From the IMG/VR virus record IMGVR_UViG_3300021514_000002, positions 160,001 to 224,000 of that record: a stretch of DNA of 64,000 nucleotides. One strand, given 5' to 3'. Below, piece by piece: positions 8,362 through 17,674 of this stretch. The stretch's first letter is position 1. Each line of letters starts with the position of its first letter. Position numbers and translations under genes: made by a program. Below the pieces are notes generated by a model. It did no database searches. It was not told where the DNA came from and saw only the letters and a program-made list of their open reading frames with translations. The stretch is from a virus. Its lineage: Duplodnaviria > Caudoviricetes.

Positions 8362-8637
8362 ATGGCAAACCGTAAATTATATAAATTAGAGCTGTCTGGC
8401 GATGCTATAATCGTGTACAGGACTGATAATAACTATGGACGGCAAGGGGTTATATTTAAGGATGGTACTATTCGTAAAGAATACACACCATACGCCCTAC
8501 CTCAATACATTCAAAGGGAAGCATTTAATATTCTGAACGCTGACAGTTTCGAATTGAGGCGCGGGTACACATACGGCGGGTATCGTTGCAGATTGATACT
8601 TAATCATATCATGTTAGTTCTTGACAATTTGATCTAA
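8362..8637 (+). CDS. Hypothetical protein
   Basis: Start re-set to ATG 8362 after cassette leader. Confidence 0.65.
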   Translation: MANRKLYKLELSGDAIIVYRTDNNYGRQGVIFKDGTIRKEYTPYALPQYIQREAFNILNADSFELRRGYTYGGYRCRLILNHIMLVLDNLI

Positions 8638-8678
8638 GTAGGCTATTATTACCCCAGTCAACAAACAAAGGCACGACC

Positions 8679-9086
8679 ATGAAACGCTTTGAAAAGATTA
8701 AAAAGTCAAGATACCGCAAAAAGTTAAACGAGTCTAATGACTGTGTGGTCATTGCTATCGCTATCGCTGCGCGCATGACATACGAAAAGGCACATGGTAT
8801 ATGTGAATTCCAAGGCCGCAAAAAAGGCAAAGGCATACACACTGAGCACGTCTTAAAGCATCTTAAAGTTATTGGTTTTAAAATTGAAAAGGTTAAAAAC
8901 CTTCGTCAAAAAAATGGATCACGTTATACACCTAAAACGATAGGCGATAGATTAAAACGTGGATATTATATAATACGCAAAAACCGTCATGCTATTGCGG
9001 TAGTCAATGGCGTAGTCGAAGACTGGACGAGTGGCAGACAACACCACATTAAAGACGCCTTTAAAATAACACGTATTAGATCTTGA
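8679..9086 (+). CDS. Phage protein with NDCV...H...D pattern (possible papain/C39-like fold)
   Basis: Cys in NDCVVIA and His in HAIAVVNG...D; cassette promoter 8621. Confidence 0.55.
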   Translation: MKRFEKIKKSRYRKKLNESNDCVVIAIAIAARMTYEKAHGICEFQGRKKGKGIHTEHVLKHLKVIGFKIEKVKNLRQKNGSRYTPKTIGDRLKRGYYIIRKNRHAIAVVNGVVEDWTSGRQHHIKDAFKITRIRS

Positions 9087-9144
9087 CAATCGCGCAGGCT
9101 TGCGCTACTATTAACATAGTCAATAAACAAAAGGAATAATAATT

Positions 9145-9300
9145 ATGCTTTATATTCAACGTAAAGATAATAACACTCTTGAAACAGTGGACGAATTTGA
9201 AACCCGTAAAGAAGCGCGAGAAATGCTAACCGAATATCAAATGTCTGATGCAACTGCCTCTTTTTACATGTCGACACGTGCCTGTAAAGGTTGGAAATAA
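9145..9300 (+). CDS. Small hypothetical protein (51 aa; not in ORF track)
   Basis: Translated by hand MLYIQRKDNNTLETVDEF...; cassette promoter 9083. Confidence 0.65.
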   Translation: MLYIQRKDNNTLETVDEFETRKEAREMLTEYQMSDATASFYMSTRACKGWK

Positions 9301-9375
9301 ACTAGTTAAGTTATTGACAAGGGCAACGGATTGCCCTATAATTACCACAGTCAACAAACAAAAGGAATAACCATC

Positions 9376-9558
9376 ATGTCTAATTCTAATAACATGCAAC
9401 CGTTTAACTTTAATAAACAACAATCTTGGAACGTCCTTATCGGTGACAACGTAATCGACACCGTTTTCTATGATAAAAATCTCGATGCTGATTATGTACG
9501 AGATGGCCTTGTGAACCATGACGGATACCCCGCAGAGATTGAAGTATTAAAAGGGTAA
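9376..9558 (+). CDS. Small hypothetical protein
   Basis: Start re-set to ATG 9376; promoter 9314. Confidence 0.65.
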   Translation: MSNSNNMQPFNFNKQQSWNVLIGDNVIDTVFYDKNLDADYVRDGLVNHDGYPAEIEVLKG

Positions 9559-9628
9559 AATAATAATTGACAATAGCGCAGGGATGCGCTATTATTACCA
9601 CAGTCAACGAACAAAAGGAATACAGCTT

Positions 9629-9817
9629 ATGAATATTTCACAATACGACGATTCAGAATTATCTAATATGGTCGATAACGATGAATACTTATACAATATT
9701 GCACTGTTTGCAGATGATTTTGAAGAACTAAAAACTGCAGTAATTGAATGCTTTGTTTTTAACGCCGATCAAATGGCAGAACTTGAACGTGATTTCAATG
9801 AAGGCCGGTGGTCTTAA
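9629..9817 (+). CDS. Small acidic hypothetical protein
   Basis: Start re-set to ATG 9629; promoter 9567. Confidence 0.65.
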   Translation: MNISQYDDSELSNMVDNDEYLYNIALFADDFEELKTAVIECFVFNADQMAELERDFNEGRWS

Positions 9818-9882
9818 TACTTGACAAGGGCGCAAGGATGCGCTACTATTACCACAGTCAACGAACAAAAGGAATAAACACC

Positions 9883-9996
9883 ATGCACTTATTTCATTCC
9901 ACTAAAACCGATACCGTTTTTAACTTTTTGTTTTTAATTACCGCTATCGTGATCCCTGTATTCATCTTCATTGGTTCAAACATTCCCGCTATTTAA
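9883..9996 (+). CDS. Small membrane peptide (37 aa)
   Basis: Start ATG 9883; single hydrophobic helix; promoter 9821. Confidence 0.55.
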   Translation: MHLFHSTKTDTVFNFLFLITAIVIPVFIFIGSNIPAI

Positions 9997-10218
9997 TACT
10001 TGACACTAGCCCAGCAATGGGCTATAATGTTTACAGAGGCTAAGGAAAGCCGAAGGCCAAAAGGTCTACATAAGACTGGCCAACCTGCCTACCTATATCG
10101 GTATATCCTAATAAACTAATGTACTAACTATTTTAACCTAATTGCTTGACTTTTAATTTAAAAGATGTATAATTGCTTTAAATCAACAACTTAACACAAA
10201 ACAAAAGAGGCACAAATC

Positions 10219-11067
10219 ATGTTTAGAGAAATGACACATACGGGCACTATCGCGTTATTAAATGAACAGATGATCCAGAACGCGCCAAGTATTTTCGCAA
10301 CCGAGCCGCATTCAGAAGTATCTGATCGCTATGGTTTTGTTTCCACTATTAATGTCATCGACGCTTTACGCAAAGAAGGCTGGATGCCTGTTGACGTATC
10401 GCAAAAGAATGTACGCGATAAATCAAAACGTGAACTAACAAAACACTTGATCCGTTTTCGCCGTTTAGCTGACGATATACAGATCGGTGATTCTTTTGTA
10501 GAGTTAATCCTTACTAACAGCCATGACCGTTCGAGCGCGTTTGTTTTACATGCTGGCCTTTTCCGTATGGCGTGTGCTAATGGTATCGTGATCGCAGATT
10601 CTACATTCAATAAGTTATCTGTACGCCACGGCAAAAACGTAGTATCTGATATCATCGACGGCGCATACGATGTCATCGACGATGTTCCAATGATTGCAAA
10701 CGAAGTTGAAACAATGCAAAATGTTGAGCTTTCAGGTGCAGAGCGTGCATTGTTTGCTAAGACTGCATACAACTATATCAACGGCGATCAAGGTGAAAAC
10801 CTGCTAACGTCTGAGGGTAATATTGTTAATCAAATGTTACGCCCTAAACGCCACGCGGATCAAGGTCACGACCTTTGGACTACTTTCAATGTAGTGCAAG
10901 AGAATGTTATCCGAGGCGGGATTCGTACCACTAAGCGCAATGATAAAGGACGCTTACGCCGTAGTACATCACGCGCAGTCAAGGCCATTGATAAGAATAT
11001 TAAACTTAATAAGGCATTATGGGAGATGGCTGAACAATTCAAGCAATTGAAAACACAAGCCCATTAA
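10219..11067 (+). CDS. DUF932/DUF945 family phage/plasmid protein
   Basis: APSIFA...SDRY..VST..V...L..EGW, NSHD..S, GLFR..CANG, DLW..FNV.QEN motifs. Confidence 0.85.
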   Translation: MFREMTHTGTIALLNEQMIQNAPSIFATEPHSEVSDRYGFVSTINVIDALRKEGWMPVDVSQKNVRDKSKRELTKHLIRFRRLADDIQIGDSFVELILTNSHDRSSAFVLHAGLFRMACANGIVIADSTFNKLSVRHGKNVVSDIIDGAYDVIDDVPMIANEVETMQNVELSGAERALFAKTAYNYINGDQGENLLTSEGNIVNQMLRPKRHADQGHDLWTTFNVVQENVIRGGIRTTKRNDKGRLRRSTSRAVKAIDKNIKLNKALWEMAEQFKQLKTQAH

Positions 11068-11146
11068 AAAGGTTTAAATAGTTCTTTACATAGCCCACTT
11101 TCGTGGGCTATGCTCTTTACATTGTCAACCAATAAAGGATCGCATA

Positions 11147-11284
11147 ATGTATTGGATTATTAAGATGTACAAGGATCATGATAGTTACTTAGATCCTATT
11201 GTTATTAATAATAGGAATCCACCGTTTTACACTGTGCAGGGGCATAAGAAGAAAGGCGGCCATTATTCTAATAGACGTGGATAA
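11147..11284 (+). CDS. Small hypothetical protein (45 aa; not in ORF track)
   Basis: Preceded by GTCAACCAATAAAGGA cassette leader. Confidence 0.45.
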   Translation: MYWIIKMYKDHDSYLDPIVINNRNPPFYTVQGHKKKGGHYSNRRG

Positions 11285-11374
11285 TATCTAATTCTTTTAA
11301 CCTAATTGCTTGACATTATCTCCCACTGTGGTATTATAGTTTCACTGTCAACAACATCACAAAGGCTTATCATT

Positions 11375-11893
11375 ATGACTAGCAAATTAGAAACAATCCT
11401 TTCCACTGTAAACGGTGCAACCTTCATTAGTATGGACACTTGTACCACACCTATCTTAACAGGTGGCAAAAAGAACCCTATGCAAGGCCGCATACGCAAG
11501 CATAATACTGGTGCTAATATCATGGTATTCCAGAATAAGAATAGTAATGGTTATTCTAACATGGTTAAGCGCCGCCTTGAGAAAGAAGGTAAAGATCCTG
11601 TATCGTTCAACCTATCGCCGCGCAAATGGGGTACGCGTATCCCTAACCTGCCTATCGTTGAGCATAAGGGCGCACAATATCTCGAGGTTATCTACCTTAA
11701 ATCAGGCCGTACAGCGTACACGTTAGACGGTCAACCAATAGACAAGGATAGTATCGAAGGCTTAAAGGATAAGCCTAAGCCTTTGCAAGGTGGCCTCACT
11801 GACAGCGTTACCGTTCGTACGTTCAAGGTCGGCAGTATCACACGCTTGAAGGTAGGCGGCAAGGAATACAACACCGTTGACCTGATCGACTAG
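11375..11893 (+). CDS. Conserved phage hypothetical protein
   Basis: Start re-set to ATG 11375; promoter 11310. Confidence 0.75.
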   Translation: MTSKLETILSTVNGATFISMDTCTTPILTGGKKNPMQGRIRKHNTGANIMVFQNKNSNGYSNMVKRRLEKEGKDPVSFNLSPRKWGTRIPNLPIVEHKGAQYLEVIYLKSGRTAYTLDGQPIDKDSIEGLKDKPKPLQGGLTDSVTVRTFKVGSITRLKVGGKEYNTVDLID

Positions 11894-11900
11894 CACACTA

Positions 11901-11925
11901 GCCCAGCCCTGTCAAGGGGCTGGGC
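11901..11925. terminator. GC-rich hairpin at the end of the cassette array
   Basis: GCCCAGCCC-N7-GGGCTGGGC; no clear U-tract. Confidence 0.4.
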
Positions 11926-12139
11926 ATTGACTGCCCACTGTTGACACGACCACCCAGCTATGCTATACTGGTATGGGTAAAGCCTGTCAGTTTGAACTAA
12001 CCCCCTTAAGCAAAGAGAAAAATGTATTAGGTACCCCCCGCTAAGAAATGTTTTTAGGAAAAAATAATTTTTTTGAAAACTTAAAATATTTTAATATACA
12101 CGTCAATATTCCAAAATTATTTTTTCAGGAGAAAAATAA

Positions 12140-12751
12140 ATGCCAGAACGTTTATGTAGGAATTGTGGTGAAACAAATCAACAAAATTTCTACAAACACC
12201 AAAAAACTTCATGTAAAAAATGTAGTAACGAAAAATCTAAAATTAGATACCATAATGGTAAAAAATCACCGAAAGTTAAAAAAACTATTCTTGAAAAATT
12301 TAATGAAAAATATGATATAGATAGTACTGGTTGTTGGATATGGAATGGTTCTAAAAATACAGATGGTTATGGACAAATAGGATTCAATTATAAACAATAT
12401 TTAGCACATCGTTTAGCATATGAACTATTTAAAGACATAATTCCAGAAAGGTTATTCGTATGTCATGAATGTGACAATCCTTCTTGTGTTAATCCTGAAC
12501 ATTTATTTTTAGGCACTCATCAAGATAATATGGATGACATGGTGGCAAAGGGTAGATCACCTAAACAACGTGGCGAGGCAGGCTCTACGCATGTTCTTAC
12601 AGAAGAACAAGCCCAATACATTTTAGATTTTAAACACTATCACGGTTCACTTACGATGCTGGCCAAAGAATTTACTGTAGATGTATCTACCATATTCTAT
12701 GTAAAGAGTGGTAAATCGTGGTCACATCTTAAAAGGAACAAAATAACATGA
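12140..12751 (+). CDS. HNH (homing-type) endonuclease
   Basis: CWIWNG...GYG...AHRLAY...VCHECDNPSCVNPEHLFLGTHQDNMDDM. Confidence 0.9.
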   Translation: MPERLCRNCGETNQQNFYKHQKTSCKKCSNEKSKIRYHNGKKSPKVKKTILEKFNEKYDIDSTGCWIWNGSKNTDGYGQIGFNYKQYLAHRLAYELFKDIIPERLFVCHECDNPSCVNPEHLFLGTHQDNMDDMVAKGRSPKQRGEAGSTHVLTEEQAQYILDFKHYHGSLTMLAKEFTVDVSTIFYVKSGKSWSHLKRNKIT

Positions 12752-13422
12752 GAATAATTATACCTACAGATACACAAACCACATATACGCCTACACCAAT
12801 ATACATGAGGTCAATACTTCCGATAGAAGTTTGTCCACATTGTATGATTAAACGTCCATTACTTGAACGTGTACATAGAATAAAAACCAGTGACCATTAT
12901 GAAAATAACTATTATATATGGAGTTGGTATAGATGTTCCAGTTGTGGATGTCTTACAACAGCGCGTTCTGAACGTCTCATCTCTAATGATCCTGATGATA
13001 TTGATGATATTGAAAAACAACATCTTAAAGTTGATAAAATCTATCCGTCTATTGTAGAAATTTCAAACGATATTCCAGATCCTGCTCGGCAATATTTACA
13101 AGAGGCAAAAAATGCAATCAACGATTCTCCAAGTGGTTCTATTGTAATAAGCGCAAGTGCGGTAGATGCCATGTTAAAAATAAACGGATTCGTCGATGGT
13201 AATTTATATCAACGAATCCATTCAGCAGGCGATGCTCATTTATTGACTCAAACAATGGTTGATTGGGCGCATGAAGTGCGAATGGACGCCAATGGACAAC
13301 GCCATGCGGACGAAGGCGTAGGATTGCCAAGCAATGAAGATGCAGAAAAAACTTTTAATTTTGCATTAATGTTTGCAGAATACTTATTTGTAATGGATGC
13401 ACGCATACGCCGTGAAAGATAA
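12748..13422 (+). CDS. DUF4145 (HEPN-like) protein with N-terminal zinc ribbon
   Basis: CPHC/CSSC; ASAVDAMLK...LYQRI...WAHEVRMDANGQRH. Confidence 0.75.
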   Translation: MRIIIPTDTQTTYTPTPIYMRSILPIEVCPHCMIKRPLLERVHRIKTSDHYENNYYIWSWYRCSSCGCLTTARSERLISNDPDDIDDIEKQHLKVDKIYPSIVEISNDIPDPARQYLQEAKNAINDSPSGSIVISASAVDAMLKINGFVDGNLYQRIHSAGDAHLLTQTMVDWAHEVRMDANGQRHADEGVGLPSNEDAEKTFNFALMFAEYLFVMDARIRRER

Positions 13423-13533
13423 CAACCGGCAAATATTTATTTAGTTGGTTTAAATAACCTTTTCTCACTTTTTTAATTTTTTCTAATAATTTTTTCATCC
13501 ATAAATACTTTTTTCATAAAGGATGATAATTAA

Positions 13534-13677
13534 ATGGTTTCCAAAGTTAAACCCCCTGAAGTCGCCGAAGGTCAACATACCGAAGGTTGGGGTCATTGTG
13601 TTAAGTGTAACGACTGGTCATATTTCTTAAATCGTAATAAAAAGTGTGCTACTTGTGCAAAATCTAAGAAAAAATAA
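13534..13677 (+). CDS. Small zinc-ribbon protein (47 aa; not in ORF track)
   Basis: CVKC...CATC; SD AAGGA; ATAAATA at 13501. Confidence 0.55.
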   Translation: MVSKVKPPEVAEGQHTEGWGHCVKCNDWSYFLNRNKKCATCAKSKKK

Positions 13678-14077
13678 AATGGCCGGTTACTTTAACGCAT
13701 AACTTATTGATTTTTAAACAGTTTTTCAACATTTCCCACTGTTATTGGCCAGTTCTTTGGCCGGTTGGAGCACGATACTCCACTGTTTTCCACTATTCAT
13801 ACCCAAATTGTGAACCATCGTTCATAAAATGTGAACCTTTTAATTCTTGACAACTGTCGCGTGCACCAGTTGAACTTGACAACTGTTTTGCCACTGTGTT
13901 ATAGTGGTAGCTTATGGAAACTGAAAGAATTAAATTAAATTCCAAATTTAGAACAGACACTCCCGTCATGCCTGATGTTAAGCTTATTGAAACATGGGCT
14001 TATTACGATGGTCCACTGTTTGGTATATGCACGAAATATAAGAGGCGAACGATTTGACACATTGGTAGACGGATTAA

Positions 14078-14725
14078 TTGAAAATGAAAATTAAAATTTC
14101 CACTGTTATTAAACTGTTACTGACAGATCTTGATCGTCTTGACCCTATTACGGTCATTGCAGAAAATTTCGAACCTGGACAGGGTAAAATCACAATAGAA
14201 TGTTATGGCCGACCATGGACTGCCTATTGGGGTAGTATGGGCAATCAAACTATTCATGAATTCTTTTGTACGTCTGATAACGATTACCTTATTGGTAAAT
14301 TAGCCCCTGACATTAATAGTTCAATTTATGATGAAGGTCAGGCATTGATTGATGTTGCGTTATCTCGTGTTCAGACATTGCGAGGCTATGGTAACTGGGA
14401 TGAGGCACGTTTTGCTGAAATGAACCAACGGGTTATTAATGAATTGGCTAGTGGCATAGAAGGGAATGAAGAATTATTATATCATGTATTCGGAAGTGAA
14501 TGGTGGCACTGGATGCCAGAAAAGACAAATCCTGATTATGACTACCTATGGCGCATTATAGATGTTGTCAAGGTGGGACTGACCGAATGCAATAAGATTA
14601 AAAAAGAAAACCCCAAGAACAATGATAGTATTATTCATTGTCCCGATTGTGGGCAGGACACTGATCAGGATAGTAATAGTTACTGGTGTGATGGCTGTCA
14701 AAAACTGTGGGAAAAGGAAGGATAA
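14078..14725 (+). CDS. Conserved phage hypothetical protein with C-terminal zinc ribbon
   Basis: LDPITV...GKITIECYG..WTAYWGSM; CPDC...CDGC. Confidence 0.75.
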   Translation: MKMKIKISTVIKLLLTDLDRLDPITVIAENFEPGQGKITIECYGRPWTAYWGSMGNQTIHEFFCTSDNDYLIGKLAPDINSSIYDEGQALIDVALSRVQTLRGYGNWDEARFAEMNQRVINELASGIEGNEELLYHVFGSEWWHWMPEKTNPDYDYLWRIIDVVKVGLTECNKIKKENPKNNDSIIHCPDCGQDTDQDSNSYWCDGCQKLWEKEG

Positions 14726-14730
14726 AGAAA

Positions 14731-15147
14731 ATGAATGTATTTGAAGAATTAGAAAATATTTTTGAAGAACAAGGTGTTGTTCAAATTTCAGGCGGAGTAT
14801 TAAAAGATCATACTGGTAAAAGATTAATTCCGAATGATGACCCTGATGCTAAACCTGAATATCGCACTTTTCCAATAAAGGCGAATACCACAGTAGAACA
14901 GTATTGTAATCGCTTGGGCGAAATGCATAATGTTTCAGGCAAAGATTATGCCCTTGAATTATTAGCCATCGAAAAAGCTATTGCTTCAGGTAAAGCGACG
15001 GAAGTAGTAGGTGAATGTCGTCGCTGCTGGACGTTTATGTACAAAAATGAAGAGCACGTTTGCGATGAAACTCGGGTTAAAGAACAACAAGAAAATCAAA
15101 AATTGTGGGCAAGCCTACAGAAAAACCATGAACAGGAAATAAAATGA
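14731..15147 (+). CDS. Hypothetical protein
   Basis: ORF in co-directional run. Confidence 0.7.
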   Translation: MNVFEELENIFEEQGVVQISGGVLKDHTGKRLIPNDDPDAKPEYRTFPIKANTTVEQYCNRLGEMHNVSGKDYALELLAIEKAIASGKATEVVGECRRCWTFMYKNEEHVCDETRVKEQQENQKLWASLQKNHEQEIK

Positions 15148-15641
15148 CAGACATAACATGCGATGACTTCAATAAGAGATTCATTGTAGGACAACCCGTA
15201 TTTCTGGAATTGGACGATGGTAGTCTGATGGAAACCTATCTACGTTCACCTGCATGGGTTATTGGTGGTGGGGATATTATTGCCAAGGTAAAAGGTAAAA
15301 CAGGGGGCTGGCTTATTGAACGCATTCATCCGCGCACGGAAGATAACCCAACGTCAAACAATATAGACATTACAATCAACATAGCAGATGAAGATAAAGA
15401 AGCAACAATAAAACATTATATTCGCTCTACCATGAGCAGTGCGTCCTATGAAGTCTTTGAACGGGAATATGTGCCGGGTAGTTTATATGACGCCGCAGGC
15501 AAGGCATTGCTTAATGAGATCTTGGTTGAACTTATTATTAAGGGTATGTTAATGGACAAAAATGAATTATTTTTGAAGATAGAAGCCGAGAGAAAAACTG
15601 AGCTTAATAACGATGAATTATTTAATCAAAGAAGGTCGTGA
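15144..15641 (+). CDS. Hypothetical protein
   Basis: ATGA coupling. Confidence 0.7.
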   Translation: MTDITCDDFNKRFIVGQPVFLELDDGSLMETYLRSPAWVIGGGDIIAKVKGKTGGWLIERIHPRTEDNPTSNNIDITINIADEDKEATIKHYIRSTMSSASYEVFEREYVPGSLYDAAGKALLNEILVELIIKGMLMDKNELFLKIEAERKTELNNDELFNQRRS

Positions 15642-16137
15642 AAAACTGAAAGGTGTGAGCGATGCGCCATGGACTATTGGTGATACAACTACATCAGAAG
15701 ATAAAGGATATGAAAAAGATTTTCCAACTTATTCTTTGGATTTGCCCATAGACGATGCTATACATAAAACACATTACTCATGTATAGAGCTTTATTCGTG
15801 CGAAGAAGATAGAGACTTTATCGAGTGGTCGCGCGATAACCTAGAAGCAATACTAAAGGGTTGGCAAGAAGATAAAGATAAATTGGAAGAGTTAAAGAGA
15901 AGAGAGGATTTAACTAGAACCAAATGGAAAGAACTTTATATCGTAAGTATTGAAAATGCGGAAGAAGTAATCGAACAACAAAAACAAATTGTTAAGTTGC
16001 AGAAGGTTATTGAGGTTGCAAAAGCTTCACACTTTAACGCAATATTAAACAAAGACGGCAACTACGTAGTAGCGGGAAAAGACATTTATTTTTTAGGTAT
16101 AGCCTTAATAGAACTGGAGATTAATAATGGACGATGA
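15613..16137 (+). CDS. Hypothetical protein (Ead/Ea22-like GPW-type start)
   Basis: SDAPW motif; coiled-coil C-terminal half. Confidence 0.65.
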   Translation: MNYLIKEGREKLKGVSDAPWTIGDTTTSEDKGYEKDFPTYSLDLPIDDAIHKTHYSCIELYSCEEDRDFIEWSRDNLEAILKGWQEDKDKLEELKRREDLTRTKWKELYIVSIENAEEVIEQQKQIVKLQKVIEVAKASHFNAILNKDGNYVVAGKDIYFLGIALIELEINNGR

Positions 16138-16492
16138 AAGAGAAATGACACTTAAAGAATGGGTTAATAGATTACCTGAGTTTCATTTAGTTAATAAAGA
16201 ATATAAGGATTTACAGGAAAGATTAGACAAAGCAATTGCTATGCAACAACCTGTTGAAATGATGAATGCTTTTGGTATCTGGGTAGTGGGACATGATGCC
16301 TATCCTGTGGCAATCTTCCGATATGAGGAAGGAGCTGTAGAATGGGCTCGCGAAAATTTCTTTGGTGCATGGCTAATGAAGCAGGTACAGATGCCTGCCA
16401 TGCCCTTTTGTACCGAAGAAGAATTAGCCGAAGCTAAAATAAAAGCTGAAAAAATGGCTGTTCTCTTTAAACAATCATCAGAAATGGATTAA
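16127..16492 (+). CDS. Hypothetical protein
   Basis: ORF in co-directional run. Confidence 0.7.
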   Translation: MDDEREMTLKEWVNRLPEFHLVNKEYKDLQERLDKAIAMQQPVEMMNAFGIWVVGHDAYPVAIFRYEEGAVEWARENFFGAWLMKQVQMPAMPFCTEEELAEAKIKAEKMAVLFKQSSEMD

Positions 16493-16501
16493 TATAAAGA
16501 C

Positions 16502-16762
16502 ATGCCAGAAATTTATGAACATCAGATACCGCATCGCAGAATGCTTAATTTTGCATACGGACGAATATGTGAAATTGATGAACAGGTAAAACAATTACAA
16601 CTGGAAAAAGAATTAATGCAAACAATTCTTGAAAAATTTGAACCATTAGTTTGCCCGGATTGTATGGGCGATGGTCATATTATGAAACCAATTAAAGGTT
16701 GTGAGCTTGATGGTCCAAGATTGCATCATTGTGAAACCTGTGATGGTAAAGGTGTAGTATAA
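16502..16762 (+). CDS. Small protein with DnaJ-type CxxCxGxG zinc finger
   Basis: CPDCMGDG...CETCDGKG. Confidence 0.7.
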   Translation: MPEIYEHQIPHRRMLNFAYGRICEIDEQVKQLQLEKELMQTILEKFEPLVCPDCMGDGHIMKPIKGCELDGPRLHHCETCDGKGVV

Positions 16763-17490
16763 TGTTAAAGCCTAATTTCCATATTGTTATTCCTGCCCGA
16801 TACGGCTCTAGTCGTTTCCCAGGCAAACCCCTGGCCAATATTTGTGGCAAGCCTATGATACAACATGTTCATGAAATAGCCTGTCGTACAAAAGCCAAGT
16901 CTGTGACTATTGCAACTGACAATGTTCAAATATTGGACTTTTGTAAAACTATTAAGGCACAATGTATATTGACAGACACTACTTGCGAATCAGGCACAGA
17001 CAGACTGGCAGAGGTCAGTCGAATACATGGTTGGTGCTCTGATGATATCGTGGTTAATCTACAAGGCGACGAGCCCTTGATGCCTCCAAGCTTAGTAAAT
17101 CAAGTTGCGAGTTTATTAGAATATTTCACAGGCAGTGATTGTAATATAGCCACATTGTATACCCCCATAGAAAACGGTAATAACCCTAATGATGTTAAGG
17201 TTATTACTGACGAATATGGTTATGCAATGTATTTCAGCCGCTGCGCTATCCCACATGGAGCCACTATATTTAAACGCCATATAGGACTGTATGCCTATCG
17301 GGTTGGGTTCTTACAAAATTTTGAATACATGCCCAACTGTGGATTGGAACGTGTCGAACATTTAGAACAATTACGTGCCATGTATCATGGTGCCAAGATA
17401 AGGGTTGAAGAAGCCGTAGAGATTCCTGGACCGGATGTTAATTGTCCAGAAGACTTAGAACACGTAATAAAGGCAATGAAGAATGAATAA
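16762..17490 (+). CDS. kdsB: CMP-Kdo synthetase (3-deoxy-manno-octulosonate cytidylyltransferase)
   Basis: IPARYGSSRFPGKPLA, SGTDRLAE, VNLQGDEP, HIGLYAYR, LEQLRAM, DVNCPEDL. Confidence 0.92.
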   Translation: MLKPNFHIVIPARYGSSRFPGKPLANICGKPMIQHVHEIACRTKAKSVTIATDNVQILDFCKTIKAQCILTDTTCESGTDRLAEVSRIHGWCSDDIVVNLQGDEPLMPPSLVNQVASLLEYFTGSDCNIATLYTPIENGNNPNDVKVITDEYGYAMYFSRCAIPHGATIFKRHIGLYAYRVGFLQNFEYMPNCGLERVEHLEQLRAMYHGAKIRVEEAVEIPGPDVNCPEDLEHVIKAMKNE

Positions 17491-17674
17491 TTTTGAAAAA
17501 TTGAACGAAATATTAATAGCATATACACCAATACCTACACCAGGACCACTATTTTTTAATGGTATACCAGATAATGCAATAATTCCTATTATTATAATAC
17601 TAGGTGTTATAATAGTATTTTGTATTGGATTAGTAATTTGGCAAGTAATAACGGTAATGAAAAATGAAAAATGA
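17483..17674 (+). CDS. Small membrane protein
   Basis: Single TM helix. Confidence 0.6.
   Translation: MNNFEKLNEILIAYTPIPTPGPLFFNGIPDNAIIPIIIILGVIIVFCIGLVIWQVITVMKNEK

Larger units (their letters stand above)
330..11970. repeat. Dispersed array of ~25 promoter-leader cassettes: TTGAC(A/T)-N16/17-(TATAAT-like)-N9/10-GTCAAC(A/G)AAC(A)AAGG-SD-ATG
   Basis: -35 hexamers on minus strand at 374, 711, 1765, 2191, 2858, 3435, 8200 and on plus strand at 3459, 3714, 4295, 5755, 6016, 6713, 8306, 8621, 9083, 9314, 9567, 9821, 10000, 11310, 11941; nearly every gene has its own copy. Confidence 0.88.

Noticed and set aside
330-11970. Repeated elements with variable spacers suggesting a CRISPR array or integron
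   Set aside because: The repeats are degenerate promoters separated by whole genes, with no constant 25-45 nt period, no cas genes and no integrase or attC consensus.
12048-12320. 90-aa K/N-rich ORF
   Set aside because: It is an out-of-frame overlap with the HNH gene in low-complexity AT-rich DNA.
13914-14060. Short ORF with a WAYYDGPLFGIC motif, possible pseudogene
   Set aside because: Too short to decide without homologues; not annotated.
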